Shown one piece after another: positions 18,773-27,400 of a stretch of 64,000 nucleotides of DNA. Each line of letters opens with the position of its first letter. Position 1 is the stretch's first letter. The stretch is from an uncultured Clostridia bacterium (GTDB taxonomy: Bacteria > Bacillota > Clostridia > TANB77 > CAG-465): NCBI GenBank assembly GCA_944383015.1, contig CALWOC010000002.1, positions 177,972 through 241,971 on the forward strand, given 5' to 3'. The notes under the pieces were generated by a model, which saw only the letters and a program-made list of their open reading frames with translations, was not told the origin of the DNA and did not search any database. The translations under genes and the position numbers were made by a program.

Positions 18773-21700
18773 ATGAAATTAAAATTTAAACAACAAAAGT
18801 ATCAAGATGATGCTACACAGTCTGTTGTTAAGTGCTTTGAGGGGCAAAGAAATGGTACTAGAGTTAGATTATTAGATAAGATAACCACTAAAAAAGAAAA
18901 GGGATATGAGTATCACATAAAAGAAACTGAGGTTTTGTCTTATGGAAATAATCCTATTACATTAATAGATGAGGAAATAAGAAAAAATATAAGGGCAGTA
19001 CAAAAGCAAAATAACTTAGATTATACAGATAAAGCAGGATTTAAGAATTATTCGGTAGAAATGGAAACTGGAACAGGAAAAACATACACATATATTAAAA
19101 CTATGTATGAGCTTAATAAAGCTTATGGATGGAGTAAATTTATAGTAATTGTTCCAAGTATTGCTATAAGGGAAGGTGTACTAAAATCATTTCAAATTAC
19201 TGAGGAACACTTTCAAGAATTATATAATAAAAAAATAAGATATTTTGTCTATAATTCAAATAATTCATCTAATCTATCGAATATTAATAATTTTGCTTCA
19301 GATTCAAGCATCCAAGTTATGATTATGAATTATCAAGCTTTTAATACAAGGTCTAAAGAAAATAGAAGAATATATGAGGAATTAGATGAATTGCAATCAA
19401 GAAAACCTATTGATGTGTTAAAATCAACTAATCCTATATTAATTATAGATGAACCACAAAAAATGGGTAAAACTGAAGAATTATTAAATGAATTTAATCC
19501 GTTATTTATATTAAGATATTCTGCAACTCATAAGGAAGACTTTAAATATAATATGATATATAGGCTTGATGCTATTGATGCTTATAATCAAAAATTAGTA
19601 AAAAAGATTAATGTTAAAGGAGTAGAGCTTTTAAATAATAAATCTGAAGATACATATTTGTATTTAGAGGGAGTAGAAATTAGTAAATCAGATCCCGTTG
19701 CAAGAATGGAAATAGAAGTAAAATCTTCTAATGGTGTAAGGAAAGCTACTAAGACTTTTAGAGCAGGAGATAACTTATACGATATTTCAGGACATTTAGA
19801 GCAATATAAGGGCTATACAATAAGTGAAATAAATGCACAAAATCAATCCTATGATATTGTTAAATTTATAAATGGAAAAGAAATAACAACAGGACAAGTT
19901 ATGGGGGATGCAGAGGAAAATTATCTTTCAAGAATTCAAATAAGGGAAACTATAAAATCACATTTTGAAAAAGAAAGAGAATATTATAAAAAAGGAATAA
20001 AAGTGTTGTCGTTATTTTTTATAGATGAGGTAGCAAAATATAAAATTTATGATGAAAATAAAAATCCACACAATGGAGAATATGCTCAGATTTTTGAAGA
20101 GGAATATAATAATATATATAATGAATACTACAATTTATTAGATGAAGAATATAGGAGATATTTAGATTCAATTAATGGAAAAAAGATTCATAGTGGATAT
20201 TTTTCAATCGATAAAAAAGCTTCAAAGGGAAAAAGTGAAGATGAATTAGTATATATAGATTCTAAAATTGATGATAAAAAAGAAGGTACTAGCTCTGATG
20301 AAGATGCCTACGATTTAATTATGAAAGATAAAGAAAGATTACTTTCTTTTGAAGAACCAGTTAGATTTATATTTTCACATTCTGCATTAAGAGAAGGATG
20401 GGATAACCCGAACATATTTCAGATTTGTACATTAAAGAAAAATAATTCCGAAATCAGTAAAAGGCAAGAAATAGGAAGAGGGCTTAGGATATGTGTAAAT
20501 AAAAATGGGGATAGAATGGATTATAGCGAACTTGAAGAAGACTTCTTTAGTATTAACAACTTAACTGTTATCGCAAGTGAAAGTTATGAAAATTTCGCTA
20601 AAGGACTCCAAGAAGAAATAAGTCAAAATCTTTCAAGAAAAACTTATGATAGTTTAGACGATGCTTTATTATTAAATAAAGAGCTTAGAGGAGAAGATGG
20701 AGAAACTATTGTAATAGATAAGCCTTTATATAATGAGATATTTATGGATTTTGCTTTTAATCAATACATAGATAAACAAGGTAATATACAACCCAAAATT
20801 AGAGAGGATATTTCAAATGATAACCTAAGTGTTCCTGAATCTTTAATAAAATTTAAAGAAGATTATATAAATCTTATTAAAAAGCTTTATACAGATCCTC
20901 AGATAAAAATTGGAAATGAAAATAAGAAAAATATTAGATCATTAAAACCAAATAAGAATTTTAACTTACCAGAATTCCAAGAATTATGGAATAAAATCAA
21001 TGTAAAAACTATGTATGAAGTTAATTTTGATAGTGATGAATTAATTGAAAAATCAATTAAGAAATTAAATGATGAATTAAGAGTAAATAAGATGAGAATT
21101 AGAATCACCAAAGGGGAACAAAAGGATGCTATTTCTGTAACTACATTATCTTCAGCAGAATCTATGACTGAAGGAACAACAGAAACTCATATATATGAAG
21201 ATTTTACTTCAGTAAATACAAAATATGACTTGATAGGAAGCATAGCTAAAGATACAGGACTTAAAAGAAAGACAATTATTGAGATAATGTCAAAAATAAG
21301 AGTGGATGTTTTTAATCAATATAAATATAATCCTGAAGAGTTTATTAGAAAAACTTGTAATTTAATAAATGAACAAAAAGCTACTGAAGTAATAGATTGT
21401 ATCACTTACAATAAAATTGAAGAAAAATATGATGAAAATGAAGTATTTACTATAAATAACATTGATGGAAGAATTGGAGATAATGCTTTTGAAGTAAAAA
21501 AACATATTTATGATTTCTTAATAACTGATTCTAATACAGAAATTAATTTTGCAAGAGAACTTGAAAAAGGAGAAGTAACGGTATATGCAAAGTTACCAAA
21601 CAAATTCAAAATAAAGACACCAGTTGGAAATTATAATCCTGACTGGGCAATAGTATTTAATAATAAAGAATTTAAGTATATTTATTTTATAGCTGAAACT

Positions 21701-21850
21701 AAAGGTAGTATGCAATCATTAAATTTAAAGGGTGTAGAAAAAGCTAAAATAGAATGTGCGAAAAAGCATTTTAAATCAATAAGTAACGATAAAGTTAAGT
21801 ATGATATGGTATCTTCTTATGATGAGTTAATAAACATACTAACAAGATAA
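18773..21850 (+). CDS. res: Type III R-M restriction subunit
   Basis: METGTGKT, IIDEPQ, LREGWDNPN, QEIGRGLR, C-terminal YNPDWA...AETKG nuclease. Confidence 0.93.
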   Translation: MKLKFKQQKYQDDATQSVVKCFEGQRNGTRVRLLDKITTKKEKGYEYHIKETEVLSYGNNPITLIDEEIRKNIRAVQKQNNLDYTDKAGFKNYSVEMETGTGKTYTYIKTMYELNKAYGWSKFIVIVPSIAIREGVLKSFQITEEHFQELYNKKIRYFVYNSNNSSNLSNINNFASDSSIQVMIMNYQAFNTRSKENRRIYEELDELQSRKPIDVLKSTNPILIIDEPQKMGKTEELLNEFNPLFILRYSATHKEDFKYNMIYRLDAIDAYNQKLVKKINVKGVELLNNKSEDTYLYLEGVEISKSDPVARMEIEVKSSNGVRKATKTFRAGDNLYDISGHLEQYKGYTISEINAQNQSYDIVKFINGKEITTGQVMGDAEENYLSRIQIRETIKSHFEKEREYYKKGIKVLSLFFIDEVAKYKIYDENKNPHNGEYAQIFEEEYNNIYNEYYNLLDEEYRRYLDSINGKKIHSGYFSIDKKASKGKSEDELVYIDSKIDDKKEGTSSDEDAYDLIMKDKERLLSFEEPVRFIFSHSALREGWDNPNIFQICTLKKNNSEISKRQEIGRGLRICVNKNGDRMDYSELEEDFFSINNLTVIASESYENFAKGLQEEISQNLSRKTYDSLDDALLLNKELRGEDGETIVIDKPLYNEIFMDFAFNQYIDKQGNIQPKIREDISNDNLSVPESLIKFKEDYINLIKKLYTDPQIKIGNENKKNIRSLKPNKNFNLPEFQELWNKINVKTMYEVNFDSDELIEKSIKKLNDELRVNKMRIRITKGEQKDAISVTTLSSAESMTEGTTETHIYEDFTSVNTKYDLIGSIAKDTGLKRKTIIEIMSKIRVDVFNQYKYNPEEFIRKTCNLINEQKATEVIDCITYNKIEEKYDENEVFTINNIDGRIGDNAFEVKKHIYDFLITDSNTEINFARELEKGEVTVYAKLPNKFKIKTPVGNYNPDWAIVFNNKEFKYIYFIAETKGSMQSLNLKGVEKAKIECAKKHFKSISNDKVKYDMVSSYDELINILTR

Positions 21851-21862
21851 GGAGGAATTGTT

Positions 21863-22039
21863 ATGGGACTTTTCACATCAAGTAACAATGGATTTAGTAT
21901 TGGAGATAAGGTAAGAGTAAAATATAGAGGGCAGGAGGGATATATCATAGATAAGAATGGAGATTTATATATGGTATCTCTTAATGATGGTCAATATGTG
22001 GATTCTTATACAGCAGACCAATTAGAAAAGTGTTGGTAA
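21863..22039 (+). CDS. 58 aa small beta-barrel (KOW/SH3-like) protein, absent from ORF track
   Basis: AGGAGG RBS; MGLFTSSNNGFSIGDKVRVKYRGQEGYIIDKNGDLYMVSLNDGQYVDSYTADQLEKCW. Confidence 0.7.
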   Translation: MGLFTSSNNGFSIGDKVRVKYRGQEGYIIDKNGDLYMVSLNDGQYVDSYTADQLEKCW

Positions 22040-22040
22040 T

Positions 22041-22065
22041 AAAAGAAGGCGACAAGCCTTCTTTT
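22041..22065. terminator. Bidirectional terminator
   Basis: aaaagaaggc-gacaa-gccttctttt between convergent genes. Confidence 0.8.
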
Positions 22066-22702
22066 ATTGTTTACATACGTTACCAACAGCAAATGCATAT
22101 AATCCATAATACATTTTTTGTTCTTCTAGTAAATTATATATTTCATCAAACAACTTTTTATTTCTAGGTTCTAAATCATTTCTTAAAGTGTCTATTTTGC
22201 AAGTTACTAATTCAACAATATGTCTATAATTTTTATCACAGTAAAGTTTGTTTATAGAATCATCAATTACTTCAGATATTTTAGTTATATATGAATAATT
22301 GTAAATAGGATTTGATTCTATTCTTTTTATCTCTTCGGATTTATATTTATCAGATAAAAACTCAATATTTAGTTTAATTGTTTTAAAATGACTTATTGAA
22401 ACTTTGTTTATATTTTTACATATAAATATAACAGAACCAAATAATGAATTCCTTCTATCTATTAGTGGTAATATATAGTATGTATCTTGATTATATTTTA
22501 AACTTTTATCTTTTAATATATCAAAATTATCTCTATTTCCTCGTACCAAGTGTAAGATTAAAGAATCATCTATTGGTTTATCGTTTTGTTTATTTGTAGA
22601 ATACACTACTTTGATAAGGTCAGTTATAATTAATTCAGTATCATTTGGCAATATCAATTTATTCAAGTATGATAGAGTTCTACTATTTATTATTTTTTTC
22701 AA
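22064..22702 (-). CDS. Hypothetical protein with SpoVT C-terminal-like GAF domain
   Basis: LIITD..VVY...KPI...ILPLI....FGSVIFI pattern; TTG start with AAAGGGGG RBS and own promoter. Confidence 0.55.
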   Translation of the reverse strand: MKKIINSRTLSYLNKLILPNDTELIITDLIKVVYSTNKQNDKPIDDSLILHLVRGNRDNFDILKDKSLKYNQDTYYILPLIDRRNSLFGSVIFICKNINKVSISHFKTIKLNIEFLSDKYKSEEIKRIESNPIYNYSYITKISEVIDDSINKLYCDKNYRHIVELVTCKIDTLRNDLEPRNKKLFDEIYNLLEEQKMYYGLYAFAVGNVCKQ

Positions 22703-22726
22703 TATTATCCCCCCTTTCTAACTGCA

Positions 22727-22767
22727 AGTATATTAAAAGTGGCAATTTAAAGTCAATCCCTTTTTTT
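22727..22767 (-). promoter_or_regulatory. Promoter with shared AAAAGGGATTGACTT motif (copy 2)
   Basis: Minus strand TTGACT-18 bp-TATACT. Confidence 0.6.
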
Positions 22768-22900
22768 GTTTAGCTATAAAACGACTAAAAATAAGCTAAA
22801 TTTCTATATTACATTATAAATTGACAAAATATGACAAGATTAATGGTGTATGATGTTTTATAGGTTTTAACATACATAAGAAAAATAGAAATATTTATAC

Positions 22901-22958
22901 GGTTGATATAGTAATTAAGGTTATCCTTAGCTATAATATCGACCTTTTTTTTGTTTTT
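22901..22958 (+). terminator. Long hairpin plus T run upstream of regulator pair (attenuator-like)
   Basis: ggttgatatagtaattaagg-ttat-ccttagctataatatcgacc-tttttttt. Confidence 0.6.
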
Positions 22959-23018
22959 CGGCTAGATTTACCAAAGATAAAAACCAACTTTTTTGCAAAA
23001 GAAAGGGGGTGAGTATTT

Positions 23019-23411
23019 TTGACTAAACTTCAGGCAGAATTTACAAAGTACATGGAAATTGCATTAAAATGTGATGCAATAGATTTCTATCGCTCAAATA
23101 GAGTAAAAAATAAATATGAAAGTATATCTATTGAAGATATTGATGAATTAAAAGTGTCAGTTTCACTTAACGGTGAAATTGGCACTTCTTTTTTTGATGA
23201 ATTAGACTCTGAGATTGAAAATAAACATTTGAGATGTGCACTTTCAAGACTTACAAAAAGACAAAAGAAAATATTTGAGTTATATGTTGATGGCTATAAA
23301 ACTAAAGAAATAGCAAGTATTGTAGGAGTATCTGATAAAAATGTTACTGTTACAGTATGTACTGTTAAAAGTAAAATTAAAAAAATAATTAAGGAGAAGA
23401 AAGATGAATAA
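23019..23411 (+). CDS. Sigma-70 region 4-like regulator (Tn916 Orf7-like)
   Basis: ALSRLTKRQKKIFELYVDGYKTKEIASIVGVS HTH. Confidence 0.8.
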   Translation: MTKLQAEFTKYMEIALKCDAIDFYRSNRVKNKYESISIEDIDELKVSVSLNGEIGTSFFDELDSEIENKHLRCALSRLTKRQKKIFELYVDGYKTKEIASIVGVSDKNVTVTVCTVKSKIKKIIKEKKDE

Positions 23412-23610
23412 TTTTGAAGAAACTTTAGAAAAAGCACAAGAAGGAGATAGACAAGCTATGAATGATTTGCTATATGAGTATCTCCCACTTATAAATGGTA
23501 TTGTGTATCAGTATGGTAGAAAAGTAAATAAAGATGAATTAAGAGAACATTTAATGTTTAAATTTATGGAAAATACGAAGAAATTTAATAAAAATAAAAA
23601 AAGTTTTTAA
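23404..23610 (+). CDS. Helix-turn-helix protein (Tn916 Orf8-like)
   Basis: LEKAQEGDRQAMNDLLYEYLPLI; overlaps preceding gene. Confidence 0.7.
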   Translation: MNNFEETLEKAQEGDRQAMNDLLYEYLPLINGIVYQYGRKVNKDELREHLMFKFMENTKKFNKNKKSF

Positions 23611-23650
23611 AAACTCTTAGTAAATTGAGGTATTGAAATCGAGGTTATAA

Positions 23651-23804
23651 GTGAAAGATGTTTATATTCTTTCGCCTGTACCTTGAAAAATATATAGAAT
23701 CATAACACAGATAATGATACTTCTGTCTGGCTAACATTGGTTAAGGGGCAGTCCGTAGAGGACCTAGGGAACGTGAAATTCGTATGGCGAAAGCAGTTAT
23801 GATT
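23651..23804 (+). ncRNA. Candidate structured non-coding RNA
   Basis: GC-richer intergenic tract; hairpin 23651-23675; closing stem aatcataac/gttatgatt (23698-23706/23796-23804) enclosing several hairpins including gc-GAAA-gc. Confidence 0.5.
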
Positions 23805-23826
23805 AAAAAAGAAATGAGGAGATAAA

Positions 23827-24015
23827 ATGTTAAAATTTATTTTAATTTCAATAATTAGTTATTTATTAGGAGTATTTTCAGTAATTTTGTTTTCAATAAT
23901 GGGGATTAGCTCTAAATGTAGTAGAAATGAAGAAAATAAAAAAGATTGGCTAAATTATGGCCAAGATGCCTATAATGAGCTAGAAAGATTAGAAAATGAG
24001 AGAAATAAAAAGTAA
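23827..24015 (+). CDS. Small membrane protein (DUF3789-like)
   Basis: GAGGAG RBS, single hydrophobic helix. Confidence 0.6.
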   Translation: MLKFILISIISYLLGVFSVILFSIMGISSKCSRNEENKKDWLNYGQDAYNELERLENERNKK

Positions 24016-24063
24016 TGTTCTAAAAGAAAATAATTTTTAATAGTATGTAGAGAGGTGTAGGTA

Positions 24064-24162
24064 ATGGAAGAATTTAATGTTACTTATAAATTTAATGAAG
24101 AAGGTCCTACTTTTCAAGAGATTATAGAGGAAATCCTTTTTAAAGAATTAGAAGTATCTTAA
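24064..24162 (+). CDS. 32 aa peptide upstream of recombinases
   Basis: MEEFNVTYKFNEEGPTFQEIIEEILFKELEVS, GAGGTG RBS. Confidence 0.45.
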   Translation: MEEFNVTYKFNEEGPTFQEIIEEILFKELEVS

Positions 24163-24199
24163 AAAGGGATTGACTTAAAAAAATAATATTTAGTATTAT
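24162..24199 (+). promoter_or_regulatory. Promoter with shared AAAAGGGATTGACTT motif (copy 3)
   Basis: TTGACT 24170-24175, 18 bp, TATTAT 24194-24199. Confidence 0.55.
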
Positions 24200-24234
24200 T
24201 TTATTGATAAATAGCTTTGTTAGGAGGAGATGTA

Positions 24235-25830
24235 TTGAATATCTTTAAAATTAACAAAGATTATAAAGTAGGACTATACCTAAGACTATCGAAGGAGGAT
24301 GGAGATAAGAACGAAAGTGAAAGTATTACCAATCAAAGAAATATACTTGAAAGATTTTGTAAAGACAATGACTTAAAGAATTATAAAGAATTTGTAGATG
24401 ATGGATTTTCAGGACTTAATTTTGATAGACCAGCTTTTATAAAATTAAAAAAAGAGATAGAAGAAGAAAAAATAAATATGGTAGTTGTAAAAGATTTATC
24501 GAGATTAGGTAGAGATTATTCAGAAGTCGGAAAATATTTAGAAAGATATTTTCCCGAACATAACATCAGATTTATAGCGATTTATGATGAAGTAGATACT
24601 ATAACAGAAACAGATGATATGTTACCATTAAAGGCAGTTTTAAATGACTTGTACTGTAAAGATACATCAAGAAAATTTAGAGCAATGCTGTATAATAAGA
24701 AAAAAGATGGAATGTATATTTCTACTGATGCACCATTTGGATACAAAAAAGATCCCAACAAAAAAGGTCATTTAATTATAAATGAGGAAGAAAGTAAAAT
24801 TGTAAAAAGAATCTTTGAAATGTATTTAGAGGGGAAGGGAACTTATCAAATTGCTAAAAAGTTCAATGAAGAAAATATACCTGTTCCATCTACAAATAGA
24901 AAGAATTGCACTAGCATAACAAAAAAATGGTATGCTGAAACAATAAGAAAAATTTTAAGGAAAGAAGTATATGTTGGAGATACAGTTTTAGGTAAAACTA
25001 AAAAAATGAATTATAAAAGTAAAAAAATAATAAATTTGCCACCTGAAGAATGGATTATTACAAGAGATACACATGAACCTATAATAAGTAGAAAAGATTT
25101 TGAAATGGCAAGTAAAAGATTAGATGCTAATAAATCTACTAAAATTAATAAATATGATTATTTATTAAGAGGTATAGTAAAATGTAAAGATTGTGGTTGT
25201 TCTATAACTTGGCTTACGAAAAAAGATAAGTACAAAGATAAAATAACCCTTAGAAGATATGGTGTATGTCCTACTGCTGAAAAGAAAGTTGGGGTAAAAA
25301 AATGTAGTAAAAAATATTATAATTATGATTTAATTGAGGAAAGAATTATATTAGAAATAAAAAAAGTTATAAGTAAGTATTTAGATAGTATTGATCTGAA
25401 AAAAATAAGTCAAAAGAATAAAAAAATATTAGATGAAAAAATAGAAAATTATAAAAAAAGAATTGAAAAACTTGAACTTGAAATAGAAAAATATAATCAA
25501 AAAATAGATAAAACTTACATAGACAAGTTAGATGATATAATATCTAACGAAGATTATAATAGAATTTCAAATTTACTTATAAAAAAAAGAGAAGATACGA
25601 GAGAAATATTAAATGATGTGCAAAATGAATATCAAAAAATATATATAGATAATGATACTAAGTTAAATGATAAAACTTTAAAGAAAGTATTAAAATCTTT
25701 CAATTTATCTAAAGATATATCAAGGGAAAATTTAGATAGGATAGTTGATAAAATATATATAGATAAGGAAAAAAACATAGAAATAATATTTAACTTTAAG
25801 GAGCTGAATTTGATTAATGAAAATGTATAA
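24235..25830 (+). CDS. Large serine recombinase 1
   Basis: YLRLS catalytic motif, DDGFSG, KDLSRLGR, APFGY, CxxC zinc ribbon, coiled coil; TTG start after AGGAGG. Confidence 0.93.
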   Translation: MNIFKINKDYKVGLYLRLSKEDGDKNESESITNQRNILERFCKDNDLKNYKEFVDDGFSGLNFDRPAFIKLKKEIEEEKINMVVVKDLSRLGRDYSEVGKYLERYFPEHNIRFIAIYDEVDTITETDDMLPLKAVLNDLYCKDTSRKFRAMLYNKKKDGMYISTDAPFGYKKDPNKKGHLIINEEESKIVKRIFEMYLEGKGTYQIAKKFNEENIPVPSTNRKNCTSITKKWYAETIRKILRKEVYVGDTVLGKTKKMNYKSKKIINLPPEEWIITRDTHEPIISRKDFEMASKRLDANKSTKINKYDYLLRGIVKCKDCGCSITWLTKKDKYKDKITLRRYGVCPTAEKKVGVKKCSKKYYNYDLIEERIILEIKKVISKYLDSIDLKKISQKNKKILDEKIENYKKRIEKLELEIEKYNQKIDKTYIDKLDDIISNEDYNRISNLLIKKREDTREILNDVQNEYQKIYIDNDTKLNDKTLKKVLKSFNLSKDISRENLDRIVDKIYIDKEKNIEIIFNFKELNLINENV

Positions 25831-27349
25831 TAATGTCTGTATATATATGAGGTTATCAAAAGAAGATGGAGATAAAATTGAAAGTGAAAGTATTACTAAT
25901 CAAAGAAATTTACTTAACAGATATGCAGAAGATATTGGTATTCAAATAAAAAAAGAATATATAGATGATGGTTATAGTGGTACTAACTTTAATAGACCTG
26001 CCTTTAAGGAAATGTTAGAAGATATTAAAAATAAAAGAATTAATACTATAATTGTAAAAGATTTATCAAGGTTTGCAAGGGAATCTATAAATGCTTCTGA
26101 GTATATTGAAAAAATATTTCCAAAATACAATATTAGATTTATTGCTGTACTGGATAATGTTGATACATATTTAGAAAAATTAGCAAATGAGCTTATAGAG
26201 TTTAAACTATATAATAATCAAAAATTTGCAAAAGATGTATCTGAAAAAATGAAAAAGAGTAAGAGAGCTAATATGGAAAAAGGGCTTTATATGGGAACTT
26301 TTCCTCCTTATGGATATGTAAAAGATCCAGATAATAAAGGTAAACTCTTAATTGATAAGAAATCTAGTAAGATAGTAAAAAAAATATATGATATGTATTT
26401 GAGCGGTAAAAGTTCAGTATATATTGCTAAATACTTAACAAGTAAAAATATAAAAACCCCAGCTGAATATTATAATAACATAGTACAATATAAAAATCAT
26501 AACACATATAATGTTTGGAAACATACACAAGTAAATAGAATATTAAAAAATCAAGTGTATATAGGAAATGTTGTAAGAAATGTGGTAAATAAAAGAACAT
26601 ATAAAGCAAAAGGTAAAAGGCACACTAATAAAGAAGAATGGATTATCACTGAAAATATGCATGAGCCTATCATAGATAAGGAAACTTTTTATGAAGTACA
26701 AGAAATAATTAAATCAAAAAAAGGAAGTAATCGTAAATTAAAGTATAATTATTTATTACGACCATATCTTTATTGTGCAAAGTGTGGAAGAAAAGTTGTA
26801 TTTAATACTAGAAGTGAAAAACAGGTTGATATTGCTTGTCCCAAATCCAATATTAAGTGTTGTGATAGATTTTATTATAATTATTATAAGTTAGAAAAAA
26901 TAATACTTGATAATATAAGAGAATATTACAATAAACTATTTGATTTTTCTGAAGCAGAGGATAGGATACTCTTGAAAAGAAAAGAACAAAATATAATAAG
27001 TATAGAAGATAGAATAAAAAAACTGACTTATACTTATAATAGATTAAATGATAATCTTGATTGTATGTATTTGGAAAAACTAGATGATAAAATTACACAA
27101 GAGGAATACTTAAAAAATACTGAAGAACTGAAAAAGAAAAGAGAACAAATACAAAAAGAGCTAAAAGAATGCAAAACTATAAAAGAAAATTTTAATAATG
27201 AAGATATTATTGAACTTAAAAATATTTTAAGTAATAAAAATAATGAAATGAAAAATAATATAACAAGAGAATTAATAGATAAACTTATTTATAAGATTGA
27301 AGTTTCTAAAAATGAAATCAAGGTACATTATAAATTTAAGTTTTTTTAA
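25817..27349 (+). CDS. Large serine recombinase 2
   Basis: YMRLS, DDGYSG, KDLSRFAR, PPYGY, CAKC, coiled coil. Confidence 0.93.
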   Translation: MKMYNNVCIYMRLSKEDGDKIESESITNQRNLLNRYAEDIGIQIKKEYIDDGYSGTNFNRPAFKEMLEDIKNKRINTIIVKDLSRFARESINASEYIEKIFPKYNIRFIAVLDNVDTYLEKLANELIEFKLYNNQKFAKDVSEKMKKSKRANMEKGLYMGTFPPYGYVKDPDNKGKLLIDKKSSKIVKKIYDMYLSGKSSVYIAKYLTSKNIKTPAEYYNNIVQYKNHNTYNVWKHTQVNRILKNQVYIGNVVRNVVNKRTYKAKGKRHTNKEEWIITENMHEPIIDKETFYEVQEIIKSKKGSNRKLKYNYLLRPYLYCAKCGRKVVFNTRSEKQVDIACPKSNIKCCDRFYYNYYKLEKIILDNIREYYNKLFDFSEAEDRILLKRKEQNIISIEDRIKKLTYTYNRLNDNLDCMYLEKLDDKITQEEYLKNTEELKKKREQIQKELKECKTIKENFNNEDIIELKNILSNKNNEMKNNITRELIDKLIYKIEVSKNEIKVHYKFKFF

Positions 27350-27360
27350 TTAAATAATTT

Positions 27361-27400
27361 TCCTGCAATAATTTAACCCCTAGAGATGTAACAGTTGCAA
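27361..27400. other. Putative attR junction
   Basis: dacF-like frame begins at GAT 27385; short inverted repeat tgcaa/ttgca (27364-68/27395-99) centred at 27381-82. Confidence 0.55.

Larger units (their letters stand above)
1..27384 (+). mobile_element. Integrative conjugative element, right part (left end outside window), serine-recombinase type, inserted in dacF-like gene
   Basis: PrgI, VirB4-like ATPase, M23 peptidase, sortase/adhesin, defence cargo, sigma-like/HTH pair and two large serine recombinases, followed directly by a 5'-truncated D,D-carboxypeptidase. Confidence 0.85.

Noticed and set aside
23698-23804. Hammerhead or other known self-cleaving ribozyme
   Set aside because: No CUGANGA core or other consensus recognised; kept only as an unclassified structured RNA
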